Source: Rickettsiales bacterium (GTDB lineage Bacteria; Pseudomonadota; Alphaproteobacteria; Rs-D84). Taken from it: a stretch of 64,000 nt of DNA. The position numbers and the translations under genes were made by a program. Of the stretch, positions 47,311 to 57,064 are shown one piece after another; the first letter of the stretch is position 1; every line of letters begins with the position of its first letter. Under the pieces are notes generated by a model that saw only the letters and a list, made by a program, of their open reading frames with translations, had not been told where the DNA came from and made no database searches. The DNA is taken from positions 1,190 through 65,189 of the forward strand of contig JAITCH010000009.1 in assembly GCA_031283185.1 (NCBI GenBank), in the 5' to 3' direction.

Positions 47311-49739
47311 TTTCTCTCATCTCCGCTTTGAATGGCATTTATCTCACATTGTATTGATTTCAATATCTCTTTTATTTCTATCTGTGTCTGAACCAAAACT
47401 TCGCTATAACCTTCATCATCCGCATCTGTCGGGTCGTCCTTTTTATTCGGCTCATTGCTATCTTTTTGTGTCTTGCATTCCGACCAACCATCTTTAAGGC
47501 AATGGCTTTGCTGACCGGATTCGCATTTTCCATTTTTATCAACGGCCCTGCCATTTATACCAAGAATATCTCCAGTTTTGCGAGAATATAACCAAGCACC
47601 AATAACTGGTCCATCCGTAGTAATAATCGCCAAATCCCCTTCTTTTAATTTTGAATTGCAGCAATACATATCTCCGCTTTCATTTGGCATTGGATCGGCA
47701 AAACAGTGTTCTAAATCCTCATTAGCTTTTTTTCTAAGCTCTTCCGCAGCGGCTATTTTTTGTTTATCTTTTTCTTCCGCTTTCGGAGTTTTGGAAGAAC
47801 ATCCCGTCCAGCCGTCTTTTGCACAATAATTCTTACTTCCCTCGTTGCACTTATCTGCATTTATATCATAGTCAATAGTTGCATTATTTTTATATTCACT
47901 AAGCCATTTTGTGCAATTTTTACCATTTTGGTCACAAACCTTTTCTTCTTTAAGATCAGAGTTGCAACAATAATATTCTCCAACCTGCTGTCCTTTGTTA
48001 TTTTTCAGCTGAATACATTTTTTAGTCATTGCCTGTGCTTTGGATTCATTGGATTGTTCACAGTCTGACCAATGAGATTTGAAACCACCTCTGCCAGAAC
48101 CGACACATTTGCGCTCATATCCATTTTTTTCACAGATGTCTCGGGCTTCCCCGATTTTATTATAAGATATATATGCTTTAAGTTCGGCTCGAATTTCATC
48201 ATATTTTTTATCTTTTATTCCGCAACACTCATACACATAATATTCGTCCGGACGGTCATTTTGGTAGCCTGCCGCCAGACAAACTCCCCCATCTATATCC
48301 GCCTTAAATTCTTTTTCTAATTTTTCATCCTTTGCTATATTTTTTTGCAAATCTTTAATTTCTTTATCTAATTTTTTTTGTTTATCTTCACACTTTGACC
48401 ATTTGCCGCCGCTTTGACAAGTCCGTTCTTGATCTTCGCTCTTGCAATTCGTTTGGTCCACACCACCCGTCCGAATATCTTTAATTGGATATGCTCCGGC
48501 TATTAATGACACTCCTTCATCTTGACTTAAATCACAGCAGAAATGGTAAATATCGCTATCCTTTCCTTTTACGCATTTATTTTTAAGTATTTTTTCAAGA
48601 TCTGCTTCTTTTTGATTTTGTCCCTTGGTATTTTTGCAATCCGACCATTTCCATTCTCCACCATAAGATGAATTTCCAGTATCGGAGGTATCTGCGACGG
48701 CACTTCCTCCTTGATACATACAAGTTCTTTCTTGTCCTTCATAGTTGCAATCTATTTTATTGCTTTTGCCTTGTTTATATGTTTGCGCCAATCCTGCAAA
48801 TTTTTCACCGCAGCAATGGGTTTTCCCATCAAGACCTTTCTTGCACGATTGCGAGTTTGCGAATTGTTCTCTTTTGTTCGCATCGTTCTTTGCTTGATTT
48901 TCAACTGCTATTCTGTCTTTCTCTGCTTGTATTTTCGCAGCCTCGTCTGCCTTTCGTTTGTCCTCAGCTACTTTGGCCAGTCGCACAAGTTCTTTATCTT
49001 CCTTGCATACCCATGTTTGGGATTCGCAAGTTAATGCCGCTGTATTTTTGCAAAAAGTATCTTTTGGATCGGTCAGAATTCCGCCGTTTCCAATTTGCAT
49101 AACCACCCTTCCGAGACCTAATTCTAGCCTTGTCCAATGATGCCCCACGCCAATTCCACAACAAGTATAAGAGCCGGATGTTAATTCTTTGCATTTTTGG
49201 TCGGCTTTCATTTTCTTTATTTCGTTTTCGTTTTCCGCTTTTGTTCTGGCAGCTTGGCTTGCTTGCTGTGATGCTTGGTTTGCTGCTGCGGAATCGGCGG
49301 CGGAAAAATTGGAATTTGCGGCTGCGGCACCTTGATTATCATCTCTCGCACGATTGACCTGTTGTTCTGATTTTACTGGGCACGAACAAATTACGGATTT
49401 TCTGTCGGCCGATCCTGATCTAGACTCACAATATTTTTCTAAAATTTGTTTTCGCCAAGCATCCTCAGCCATTGAGAATTTAGTATATTCTTCTATTACT
49501 GCTCTTGATGGATATTTATCTGTTTCACTTTTTTCTAATGAAATTTGTTTTCCACATTCAGCAAATGCGATCGCCTGGGAAATTTGTAAATTCAGAGTTA
49601 AAAAAACAAAGGCAGAGCAAAATAACCTAATAGAGTTTATAGGTGTGTGTGTGTGTGTGTGTGTAGGTTTCTGCCATTTTTCATTGTCTCGCCTGTTTTT
49701 CTTATGTCTAATTATATCAGATTCCAATCCTATTTCCAA
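47304..49739 (-). CDS. Large secreted repetitive lysine-rich cysteine-motif protein (HxCC...WSxC repeats); 5' end runs through an (AC)11 tract
   Basis: Signal peptide LFCSAFVFLTLNLQISQAIAFA immediately 3' of the THTHTHT-encoding (AC)11 tract. Repeated HCCGEK/HFCCDL/YECCGI/YYCCNS/MYCCNS and WSDC/WSKC/WTGC/WSEC motifs. The track start is a TTG overlapping the -35 box, so the true start is uncertain (see findings). Confidence 0.6.
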   Translation of the reverse strand: MEIGLESDIIRHKKNRRDNEKWQKPTHTHTHTPINSIRLFCSAFVFLTLNLQISQAIAFAECGKQISLEKSETDKYPSRAVIEEYTKFSMAEDAWRKQILEKYCESRSGSADRKSVICSCPVKSEQQVNRARDDNQGAAAANSNFSAADSAAANQASQQASQAARTKAENENEIKKMKADQKCKELTSGSYTCCGIGVGHHWTRLELGLGRVVMQIGNGGILTDPKDTFCKNTAALTCESQTWVCKEDKELVRLAKVAEDKRKADEAAKIQAEKDRIAVENQAKNDANKREQFANSQSCKKGLDGKTHCCGEKFAGLAQTYKQGKSNKIDCNYEGQERTCMYQGGSAVADTSDTGNSSYGGEWKWSDCKNTKGQNQKEADLEKILKNKCVKGKDSDIYHFCCDLSQDEGVSLIAGAYPIKDIRTGGVDQTNCKSEDQERTCQSGGKWSKCEDKQKKLDKEIKDLQKNIAKDEKLEKEFKADIDGGVCLAAGYQNDRPDEYYVYECCGIKDKKYDEIRAELKAYISYNKIGEARDICEKNGYERKCVGSGRGGFKSHWSDCEQSNESKAQAMTKKCIQLKNNKGQQVGEYYCCNSDLKEEKVCDQNGKNCTKWLSEYKNNATIDYDINADKCNEGSKNYCAKDGWTGCSSKTPKAEEKDKQKIAAAEELRKKANEDLEHCFADPMPNESGDMYCCNSKLKEGDLAIITTDGPVIGAWLYSRKTGDILGINGRAVDKNGKCESGQQSHCLKDGWSECKTQKDSNEPNKKDDPTDADDEGYSEVLVQTQIEIKEILKSIQCEINAIQSGDERKC

Positions 49740-49760
49740 AGCATTTTTTCCTTACCCCCT
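49600..49760 (-). promoter_or_regulatory. Conserved promoter/leader module with (AC)n tract, copy 1
   Basis: On the coding strand: TTGGAA, 17-nt spacer, TATAAT, then ATGAAAAATGGCAGAAACCTAC(AC)11. The same module is found at 60764-60897 and 63785-63925. Confidence 0.6.
49643..49664. repeat. Dinucleotide repeat tract (GT)11 / (AC)11
   Basis: Read directly: aggtgtgtgtgtgtgtgtgtgtgtagg. Confidence 0.95.
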
Positions 49761-49769
49761 CTTGTCGCG

Positions 49770-49830
49770 CTCAAAAGTCCCCTTCGCTGGCGAAGGGGTG
49801 CGCCCGCAGGGCGCGGGGTAGTGGTTAAAA
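49770..49830. repeat. Palindromic element
   Basis: gtccccttcgctggcgaaggggtgcgcccgcagggcgcggggtagtggtt. Confidence 0.8.
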
Positions 49831-50015
49831 CCCGCAAAAAACATTAGGGGTATCGCAACGGCACGGCAGGCCGTCCAATACCAAGAAACGGCAGGGCGCG
49901 GTGGGCTGGATGCCCATAAGTTTCCCTGCCGTTCCGCCGCGTAGTGGGCGGAAATGACGCGGCGGGATGAAAAACACCCCTTATGTTTTTTGTCCTTTTA
50001 TGTTATAATACCTTT

Positions 50016-51278
50016 ATGAAACTCCAATTGGTGGCATTGTCCGCCCTGCTTTTAACAGCCTGTGATGTGCGGGAAAAGATTACCGGGCGCGCCACAGAAC
50101 CCGACCGCGCCACTGGCGACTTTTGGGAAATTCCCCTCCAAGGTGGAGGGGTGCCGCGTAGCGGCGGGGTGGTTGAGGATTACGGCACATTCCAACCCAC
50201 ATACCTTGCAACGGCTAACCCAAGCGAATACCACCAAACGGCGAATATGGCGGATTATATTCCACCAACCCCACCTGCGCCGGTCATAACGCAGGATGAA
50301 GAGCCCGAAGATACATTGCTAGTGCCGAAACGCGCCGCGCCGACACCTGCGCCTGCTGCGGTCGCGCCCAAACAAGATTTGATCAAGGTCGCACCGGGCG
50401 ACACGCTTTATTCCATTTCGCGGAAATATAATGTGCCACTCCGCGACCTTATTACATCGAACAAGTTGGAAGCACCTTACGCGTTGAAACCGGGGCAAAC
50501 GCTTTATATGCCATCTCAGTTTGTGCATACGGTTGCGAAGGGCGAAACGCTGTATAGCATTTCGCGGCTGTATCAAATGGATACGAATAGTTTGGCTACG
50601 ATGAATAGTTTGAAGGAGCCGTATTCGCTGAAAGTTGGTCAAAAACTCATCCTCCCCGCCCAGATTCAGTTAACAGATACTAAGTCCCCTTCGTCTGGCG
50701 AAGGAAATAATAAGTCATCCTCCGACTTGATCGGGGGATCTCGGCCGACTTCTCCTGCCCCCGTAGCCGGGGGCGGGATGTCCGGCCCTGCCGGACAGGG
50801 TGGGGGTAATGTCCCCGCGGCAGAACCCACCCGCACACCCGAACCAAAGGTCGTGAAGAAATCCACACCGGTTTCAAGCCTGGCCAAGGCACCCGCACGG
50901 AGCAGTAGTAAGTTTGCCTGGCCAATCCGCGGGACAATACTCTCGCCATTCGGGGCGAAACCGAATGGCCTTTATAATGACGGAATTAATATCAAAGGCA
51001 CCAAGGGCGCACCGGTTTCGGCGGCGGAAAACGGAGTTGTCGCATACGCCGGGAACGAGATAAAAGGTTTAGGCAACCTCGTCATAATTAAACACGCGGA
51101 TGGCTTTATGAGCGTGTATGCCCATCTTGACACGATATTGGTTGAACGCGGGAAACAAGTATCAGTTGGCGCGAAAATCGGCTCAGTCGGACAAACGGGC
51201 AAGGTCAATTCACCACAATTACACTTCGAAGTCCGTAAAGGCACGAAAGCCTTCAACCCCACCAGTTATCTCCGATAA
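50016..51278 (+). CDS. LysM-domain M23 murein endopeptidase lipoprotein (NlpD-like) with in-frame palindromic-element inserts
   Basis: Lipobox LLTAC. Two LysM motifs (DTLYSISRKYNV; ETLYSISRLYQM). C-terminal M23 domain (HADGFMSVYAHL...GQTGKVNSPQLHFE). Inserts encode IPLQGGGVPRSGGVV and KSPSSGEGNNKSSSDLIGGSRP...GGGNVP. Confidence 0.8.
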   Translation: MKLQLVALSALLLTACDVREKITGRATEPDRATGDFWEIPLQGGGVPRSGGVVEDYGTFQPTYLATANPSEYHQTANMADYIPPTPPAPVITQDEEPEDTLLVPKRAAPTPAPAAVAPKQDLIKVAPGDTLYSISRKYNVPLRDLITSNKLEAPYALKPGQTLYMPSQFVHTVAKGETLYSISRLYQMDTNSLATMNSLKEPYSLKVGQKLILPAQIQLTDTKSPSSGEGNNKSSSDLIGGSRPTSPAPVAGGGMSGPAGQGGGNVPAAEPTRTPEPKVVKKSTPVSSLAKAPARSSSKFAWPIRGTILSPFGAKPNGLYNDGINIKGTKGAPVSAAENGVVAYAGNEIKGLGNLVIIKHADGFMSVYAHLDTILVERGKQVSVGAKIGSVGQTGKVNSPQLHFEVRKGTKAFNPTSYLR

Positions 51279-51280
51279 AG

Positions 51281-51340
51281 TCCCCTTCGCTGGCGAAGGG
51301 GTGGATGCCGAAGGCAGACGGGGTAGTGGTAATAAAAAAT
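51281..51340. repeat. Palindromic element
   Basis: gtccccttcgctggcgaaggggtggatgccgaaggcagacggggtagtggtaat, identical to the unit at 13800. Confidence 0.85.
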
Positions 51341-51357
51341 AGCAGCCAACAATATAA

Positions 51358-51600
51358 TTAAAACAAATTTTTAACAAGTGCCAAAATTTCTTTCTGAGGA
51401 ATTCCTAGTGCTTTGCATACATCTATCAGTTCCACGACATCCAGTCGTCTATCCTTGACTTCAAATCTTGAAACATAAGATCGGGGCACTTTTAAGATCT
51501 CGGCCAATTGGCGTTGAGTTATACCTTTGGCTATGCGAAAACTTACCACTTGTTTAATCAAGTGTTTATATCTGTCATCAAAAATCGTTTTTGCCCTCAT
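51358..51600 (-). CDS. XRE-family helix-turn-helix transcriptional regulator
   Basis: 80 aa. ITQRQLAEILKVPRSYVSRFE HTH. Confidence 0.7.
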   Translation of the reverse strand: MRAKTIFDDRYKHLIKQVVSFRIAKGITQRQLAEILKVPRSYVSRFEVKDRRLDVVELIDVCKALGIPQKEILALVKNLF

Positions 51601-51747
51601 AATGAGGACATACTACTCGTCTTGACTTATGCACTCATATTGCGGGCGAATTGTATTGACCGCGTTGGAATAAAAACCTATAATTGCACTCAATATGCGG
51701 GCATACCGCCCCATATAAACTTAATAACAAAACCAAAGGATTGTAAA

Positions 51748-52779
51748 ATGAAAAAGTTAATTTTGTTATTACCATTTATGCTTGCCTCCTGTGGTGGAGG
51801 CTTGTTCAGCTATCCCAATGATCCCAACAAACTTCCGCAAATTTCAAGGGTAAGCACGGCAACGGCGGCCAACAATGCGAAAATAACAGGAATGGTGTCC
51901 GAGATAGGCGTTGATACCGAAGGCAATCATACCAATTTGGCGCGTTCTGCATCCGGCACGGCCAATATAAGTGGCAAGACATATAAATTATACAGATTAG
52001 ATGACGCCAATTTCAAGGCTGCAATGGGCAATGGAAAGCCCGACACAATGAAATTTGTTATTGATAAGAACGGAAAAATAACTGGCATTCATTTTGTTGA
52101 AGAAGCCGTTTTCAAAGGCGAATTGAAACGACAAAATGACACAGGCAATTTTATAGTTAACGCGGCGGCGAACGGAAATGCGACAGGTTCTTTTGCTTAT
52201 GACAGCATTGGGAAACAACTTGGACTTTCGTATTCAGATTTTGGAACGATGACTTTCAACGGATCTGTTGGCGGAGAAAATTTTACCAATGTCAAAGTTC
52301 CTTTTGCTGGCGGATATGAAATAAAAAAAATTAACAAAGGCGATATTGCCGGCGAAGCAAAATTTACAGGACGAGCCATAGGATATATTGAAGCACAAGG
52401 CCAGGGTCTGCACAACCTTATCCCTGCGAGCGCAAAAAATGCCACTCTTACATTTAACGCGGGCAAGGAAACCTTGGAAGCGAATTTCAGCAACTGGTAT
52501 GATGTGAAGATTAGCACATTTGCCTACAATGATATTTCCGTGCAGTTTATCGGCAACGGGAAAAACGCGCCACAGGCATATAAAGATGGTTTTACTACAA
52601 ATGAAGGCGATGTCAGATATTTTGACACAAACTATTATGGCGACAAAAAAATCCCAAGCGAAGCCACGGCATTATTTGAGTATAGCGTTCTAGCGACAGA
52701 ACAAAATGGCGCGCCTCGGAACGACCCGAATTATGATTGGAATTTGACGCTTGGTTTTGGCGGAACAAGAACTCAATAA
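51748..52779 (+). CDS. Surface lipoprotein (TbpB/fHbp-like beta-barrel lipoprotein; putative Slam substrate)
   Basis: Lipobox MLASCGGG. LSYSDFGTMTF and AKFTGRAIGY motifs typical of Slam-dependent surface lipoproteins. Stop codon abuts the next gene's ATG. Start trimmed from the track ORF. Confidence 0.55.
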   Translation: MKKLILLLPFMLASCGGGLFSYPNDPNKLPQISRVSTATAANNAKITGMVSEIGVDTEGNHTNLARSASGTANISGKTYKLYRLDDANFKAAMGNGKPDTMKFVIDKNGKITGIHFVEEAVFKGELKRQNDTGNFIVNAAANGNATGSFAYDSIGKQLGLSYSDFGTMTFNGSVGGENFTNVKVPFAGGYEIKKINKGDIAGEAKFTGRAIGYIEAQGQGLHNLIPASAKNATLTFNAGKETLEANFSNWYDVKISTFAYNDISVQFIGNGKNAPQAYKDGFTTNEGDVRYFDTNYYGDKKIPSEATALFEYSVLATEQNGAPRNDPNYDWNLTLGFGGTRTQ

Positions 52780-54120
52780 ATGAAAAGAATAATTGTTGTT
52801 TTAATATACTTGATTCTGCCGACCTTTGCGTCGGCAGAATCTTCTACTACAAGCGAAATAACAATGTCGGCGGTTGACGCGCTTAAACTGGCGGGGGCGT
52901 TTGTCGAGCGCGAAGATTTCAATAGCGCGGAACAAATTCTTACAAAAATGCCACCGCTTGATAATGGAGTGTTGGAAGTAGAGCGTTGGTTTTTGATGGG
53001 CAGGATTTCTGCATTTCGCGGGGATTTTGACACAGCGATAAAAATATATCGTCGGATTCTTGACGCGCAGCCGAATCTTGCAAGGGTTCGCTTTGAATTG
53101 GCCGTTTGTTATACAAAACTGGGACAATGGTGGCGCGCGGATTATCATTTACGGCTTGCTATGGCCGGGGATGATTTACCTGACGAAGTTAAAAATATAA
53201 TGAATTATTTCCGATATTTTGTGCGACAAAACAAGAATTGGAATGCTTGGTTCAGTTTCGGAGCCGCGCCTGATAACAACATAAACTCAGCGGCAGGCGG
53301 CGAAGAATGCGTAATGACGATATTCGGTTTGATGTGTCGACAATTGCCAGAACCGGAACGCGCGATAGGATATAACTTTGTCCTTGGCGGCAATTACGAA
53401 TTCAAGTTATCCGACCAATGGCGATGGAAGTCCGAGGGAAACATTTACACAAATGCATATGACAAATCCAAATACGATGATTTATATTTATCCGCCAGCA
53501 CAGGCCCGCGCTATGTTTGGAAATATGGCGATGTTTGGCTGGCTGGAATCGCTGCTCGTCGTTGGTATGGCTGGGAAGGTTATAATTGGTCAACAGGCGC
53601 AAAAATAGATATAAATTACGATTTCTCACGCAAGTTATTAGGAGGGCTGTCATTGCTCGCGTCAAAAAATATCTATGATAATTTCAGTGAATATATGGAT
53701 GGCGAAACATATGGCGCGAATGCGCGGCTGACATATTACATAGATGCGGATATGTATATTATTTTGCGTAGCGGACTTGATAGGGAAATCACAATTGACT
53801 TGATTTATTCCAATTGGCGACCAAGTGTTGGCGCGGGATTTGGGATTGAATTACCGGCACGATTCAGCGTATATTTTGACACTAATTTCTATTGGCAGGA
53901 TTATGATGGGCAAAGGTGGATTGTTAAGGACAATTCATTTTCACAGGTTGCAGAACATAACTTTACGCATAGATATGCGGTGTCGGTATCAAATAGCAAG
54001 TTCAGGGTTTGGGATTTTGCGCCGATGCTTACATTCAGTTATACCAGGCGCGATTCTAACATCTGGCAGCGGGAGTATGACAAATGGGCAATTGAATTTT
54101 CAATGCAACAGCGATTTTAA
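52780..54120 (+). CDS. Slam-like outer-membrane protein (N-terminal TPR plus DUF560 beta-barrel)
   Basis: Signal peptide. TPR-like helices (AEQILTKM...YRRILDAQPNLARVRFELAVCYTKLGQW). Tyr/Trp-rich beta-strands. C-terminal ...FSMQQRF aromatic terminus. Confidence 0.6.
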   Translation: MKRIIVVLIYLILPTFASAESSTTSEITMSAVDALKLAGAFVEREDFNSAEQILTKMPPLDNGVLEVERWFLMGRISAFRGDFDTAIKIYRRILDAQPNLARVRFELAVCYTKLGQWWRADYHLRLAMAGDDLPDEVKNIMNYFRYFVRQNKNWNAWFSFGAAPDNNINSAAGGEECVMTIFGLMCRQLPEPERAIGYNFVLGGNYEFKLSDQWRWKSEGNIYTNAYDKSKYDDLYLSASTGPRYVWKYGDVWLAGIAARRWYGWEGYNWSTGAKIDINYDFSRKLLGGLSLLASKNIYDNFSEYMDGETYGANARLTYYIDADMYIILRSGLDREITIDLIYSNWRPSVGAGFGIELPARFSVYFDTNFYWQDYDGQRWIVKDNSFSQVAEHNFTHRYAVSVSNSKFRVWDFAPMLTFSYTRRDSNIWQREYDKWAIEFSMQQRF

Positions 54121-54149
54121 TATCCCTGCCTCCTTGCTCGGCGAAAATA

Positions 54150-54252
54150 CCCTGCCCCCTTGAGGGGCGGGGCGGTCGCTTTTATGCGACCGGGGGTGGG
54201 GGTTAATAAAAGCGGGTGGGGGTCTCCTGACCCCCACCCGAACATTTTATCA
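54150..54252. repeat. Nested palindromic elements plus terminator-like hairpin
   Basis: ccctgcccccttgaggggcggggcggtcgcttttatgcgaccgggggtgggggtt; gcgggtgggggtctcctgacccccacccgaacattttatc. Confidence 0.8.
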
Positions 54253-54264
54253 ACTTAATTATAC

Positions 54265-54702
54265 TTACTCAGCAACTTCTTCGCTGGCTGCTTCTTCTGC
54301 GACATCCGCATCGGCGGCAGCGGCTTTATCGCCTTTCTTAGATTTCTTGCCTTTGTTGTCTTTTGATTTATCACCTTTGGACTTTTTGGCTTTGGCCTCG
54401 GGCGCAGCGGCGGTTTCAACTTCCACCACAGCAACTTCTTCTACCCCGGCTTCTTTGGTCTCGACTACGACCACGGCCTCTTCAACGACTTCGGCATTTT
54501 TGTTAAATTTGCCAGCGCGCTTGGCATCTTTATTTTTCTCAAACTTCGCGCCACGGGCATCTTTACCGGACTTATCGGCTCTTTCGGACTTTTCCGCACG
54601 CACTTTTTTAGAAGTCTGGGCGGTTCCATCATTTGCCGGAAGGTTAATAGTGCAGCCTGCTGCCAAGATTGCGGCGATAAGTAGTGCTAATGATTTTTTC
54701 AT
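54265..54702 (-). CDS. Lys/Ala/Glu-rich low-complexity lipoprotein
   Basis: Lipobox LAAGC. KKSKGDKSKDNKGKKSKKGDK histone-H1-like tail. Confidence 0.5.
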   Translation of the reverse strand: MKKSLALLIAAILAAGCTINLPANDGTAQTSKKVRAEKSERADKSGKDARGAKFEKNKDAKRAGKFNKNAEVVEEAVVVVETKEAGVEEVAVVEVETAAAPEAKAKKSKGDKSKDNKGKKSKKGDKAAAADADVAEEAASEEVAE

Positions 54703-54787
54703 AATATTTTCCTTTTTGTTTTGGGTTTGCGAATAAGATTTTAGATTATCTTCCTGCCCGGAATCAAGGATATTTTTTCCGGCGGCT

Positions 54788-54822
54788 CCACCCCTTGAAA
54801 AAGCGCGCGATTCCCACTATAT
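54788..54822 (+). promoter_or_regulatory. Putative sigma32 heat-shock promoter upstream of clpB
   Basis: ctccaccccTTGAAAaagcgcgcgattCCCACTATatg, compare consensus CNCCCTTGAA-N13-17-CCCCATNT. Spacer is slightly short. Confidence 0.4.
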
Positions 54823-54879
54823 GAATATTATCCAGGCGGGAACCCACCGCGCCTGTGGTAAAATATCTCAGTCATCACC

Positions 54880-54915
54880 CGGCTTGACCGGGTGATCTCG
54901 GCCGAATAAAAAAGG
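54880..54915. repeat. Palindromic element in the clpB 5' UTR
   Basis: gtcatcacccggcttgaccgggtgatctcggccgaat. Confidence 0.8.
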
Positions 54916-54923
54916 ACAACGCA

Positions 54924-57020
54924 ATGGAACCAGAACAGACATCTTCACCGACCGAAGCACTAAAAAAGTTCACGACGGATTTCACGGAACTTGCGGCGGC
55001 GGGCAAACTTGACCCAGTAATCGGGCGCGATGACGAAGTCCGCCGCGCTATCCAGGTCTTGACGCGCCGCACGAAAAATAATCCAGTGTTAATCGGACAG
55101 CCGGGCGTGGGTAAAACGGCTATTGCCGAAGGCCTCGCCCACCGCATCATCGCAGGCGATGTGCCGGAAAATTTATTGGGGCGCAAAATCCTGTCGTTGG
55201 ATCTTGGGGCATTAATTGCGGGCGCAAAGTATCAGGGTGAATTTGAAGAAAGGCTGAAAAATGTGCTCCGCGCGGTCAAGGAATCGGATGGGAAAATCAT
55301 CCTATTTATAGACGAACTTCATATGGTGGTGGGCGCGGGCAAAACAAGCGGCGCGATGGACGCGGGGAATCTGTTGAAACCAATGCTTGCCCGCGGCGAA
55401 TTGCATTGTATGGGCGCGACGACATTGGACGAATACCGCGAGTATATAGAAAAAGACCCTGCTCTCGCCCGCAGATTTCAGCCAGTTTTCGTGGACGAGC
55501 CAAGCGTGGAAGACACCATTTCGATTTTGCGCGGATTAAAAGAAAGATACGAAGGCCACCACGGCGTGCGTATTTCCGATGCCGCATTGGTAGCGGCGGC
55601 GAGGCTGAGCGACCGCTATATCCAGGATAGATTTCTGCCCGACAAAGCGATTGATTTAATTGACGAGGCGGCCGCGCGTGTCCGCATTACGATTGCTTCA
55701 AAGCCGGAAAAATTGGACGAGATTGATCGCAGATTGACGCAGATGAAAATAGAGCGCGAGGCATTAAAAAAAGAAAAGGACGCGGATTCCAAAAAGCGGC
55801 TTGCCGAAATTGAAACCGAATTGACCGACATAGAAAAGCAGTCCGCAACTATGAACGCGGAATGGAAAACAGAGCGCGAAAATATGAAATCATTAGCGCG
55901 TGCGATTGAAGAACTTGATGCGGCGAAAGCGGAAATGCAAAGTGCCGTGCGCCGCGGCGATTACGCGGCGGCAGGCAGTTTGCAAAACGGGCGCATTCCA
56001 GAACTCAACACACAAATTGCGGAACTTGAAAAGACTAATACCGAAGACTTAAAAACCGTATCCACCGCGCATATTGAACAGGTGGTGTCGAAATGGACGG
56101 GGATACCCGTGCAGAAATTGTCCGCGGATGAACAGACAAAATTGCTTGGGATTGAAACCGAACTTGGCAAGCGCGTAGTTGGCCAAGACGAGGCTCTCGG
56201 CGTTATCGCGCGTGCTATACGCCGTAGCCGCGCGGGATTATCCGACAGCCGCCGCCCGCAGGGATCGTTTATGTTCTTGGGTCCAACTGGGGTCGGAAAA
56301 ACGGAATTGGTAAAGGCGGTTGCGGAATTGTTGTTTGACGATGATGCCGCAATGACCAGGATTGATATGAGCGAATATATGGAGCCGCATTCGGTGTCGC
56401 GTTTGATCGGCAGCCCTCCGGGTTATGTTGGATATGAGCAAGGCGGGACTCTGACGGAATCGGTTCGCCGCCGCCCGTATCAAGTGGTGCTGTTTGATGA
56501 AATTGAAAAAGCGCACCGCGATGTTTTTAATGTCCTGCTCCAAGTTTTGGACGACGGGCGATTGACTGACGGACAGGGTCGCACTGTTAATTTTTCTAAT
56601 ACGATAATTATTATGACATCAAACCTCGGCTCGGATTTATTGTTGGAAGACGCGACAAATACGGACGGGGTTATGGCATTGTTGCGAAGCACGCTCCGCC
56701 CAGAATTCTTAAATCGTATTGATGAAATAATAATGTTCAAGCCGCTTGCGCGCGAAGTAATGGATAAGATAGTAGAGATACAACTTAGCGATCTCACCCG
56801 TCGACTTCAATCACGCGGCTTTGGTTTGCATACATCAAAAAAGGCAATCGATTGGCTCGCGGACAAGGGCTATGATCCGATGTTTGGCGCACGCCCATTG
56901 CGGCGTTTGATTATGTCAGAGGTTGAAGACAAAATCGCCGACTTGATATTGTCGGACAAATTAAAACCCGGCAGCACCATAGATATAGATACCAAATCCA
57001 ACAATTTAATTATAGCATAA
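54924..57020 (+). CDS. clpB: Chaperone ClpB lacking the N-terminal domain
   Basis: Begins directly at the NBD1 pre-Walker region ([16 protein letters not shown]...GQPGVGKT). M-domain coiled coil, NBD2 [14 protein letters not shown] sensor. No upstream coding sequence (promoter within 130 nt). Confidence 0.85.
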   Translation: MEPEQTSSPTEALKKFTTDFTELAAAGKLDPVIGRDDEVRRAIQVLTRRTKNNPVLIGQPGVGKTAIAEGLAHRIIAGDVPENLLGRKILSLDLGALIAGAKYQGEFEERLKNVLRAVKESDGKIILFIDELHMVVGAGKTSGAMDAGNLLKPMLARGELHCMGATTLDEYREYIEKDPALARRFQPVFVDEPSVEDTISILRGLKERYEGHHGVRISDAALVAAARLSDRYIQDRFLPDKAIDLIDEAAARVRITIASKPEKLDEIDRRLTQMKIEREALKKEKDADSKKRLAEIETELTDIEKQSATMNAEWKTERENMKSLARAIEELDAAKAEMQSAVRRGDYAAAGSLQNGRIPELNTQIAELEKTNTEDLKTVSTAHIEQVVSKWTGIPVQKLSADEQTKLLGIETELGKRVVGQDEALGVIARAIRRSRAGLSDSRRPQGSFMFLGPTGVGKTELVKAVAELLFDDDAAMTRIDMSEYMEPHSVSRLIGSPPGYVGYEQGGTLTESVRRRPYQVVLFDEIEKAHRDVFNVLLQVLDDGRLTDGQGRTVNFSNTIIIMTSNLGSDLLLEDATNTDGVMALLRSTLRPEFLNRIDEIIMFKPLAREVMDKIVEIQLSDLTRRLQSRGFGLHTSKKAIDWLADKGYDPMFGARPLRRLIMSEVEDKIADLILSDKLKPGSTIDIDTKSNNLIIA

Positions 57021-57060
57021 AGCGGGTGGGGGTCTCCCGACCCCCACCCGAACATTTTAT
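57021..57060. terminator. GC-rich hairpin element after clpB (terminator-like palindromic element)
   Basis: gcgggtgggggtctcccgacccccacccgaacattttatc. The same element occurs at 35872, 54212, 59030 and as a variant at 25648. Confidence 0.55.
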
Positions 57061-57064
57061 CACC

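Noticed and set aside
49739-49739. TTG at 49739 as the genuine start of the 811-aa gene
   Set aside because: It sits on the predicted -35 box of the module's promoter. The conserved ATG-GCA-GAA-ACC-TAC leader start is the more plausible initiation site, though it is out of frame at n = 11.
54875-55186. Minus-strand ORF overlapping the clpB 5' end
   Set aside because: Antisense to a clearly conserved ClpB NBD1. It is spurious.
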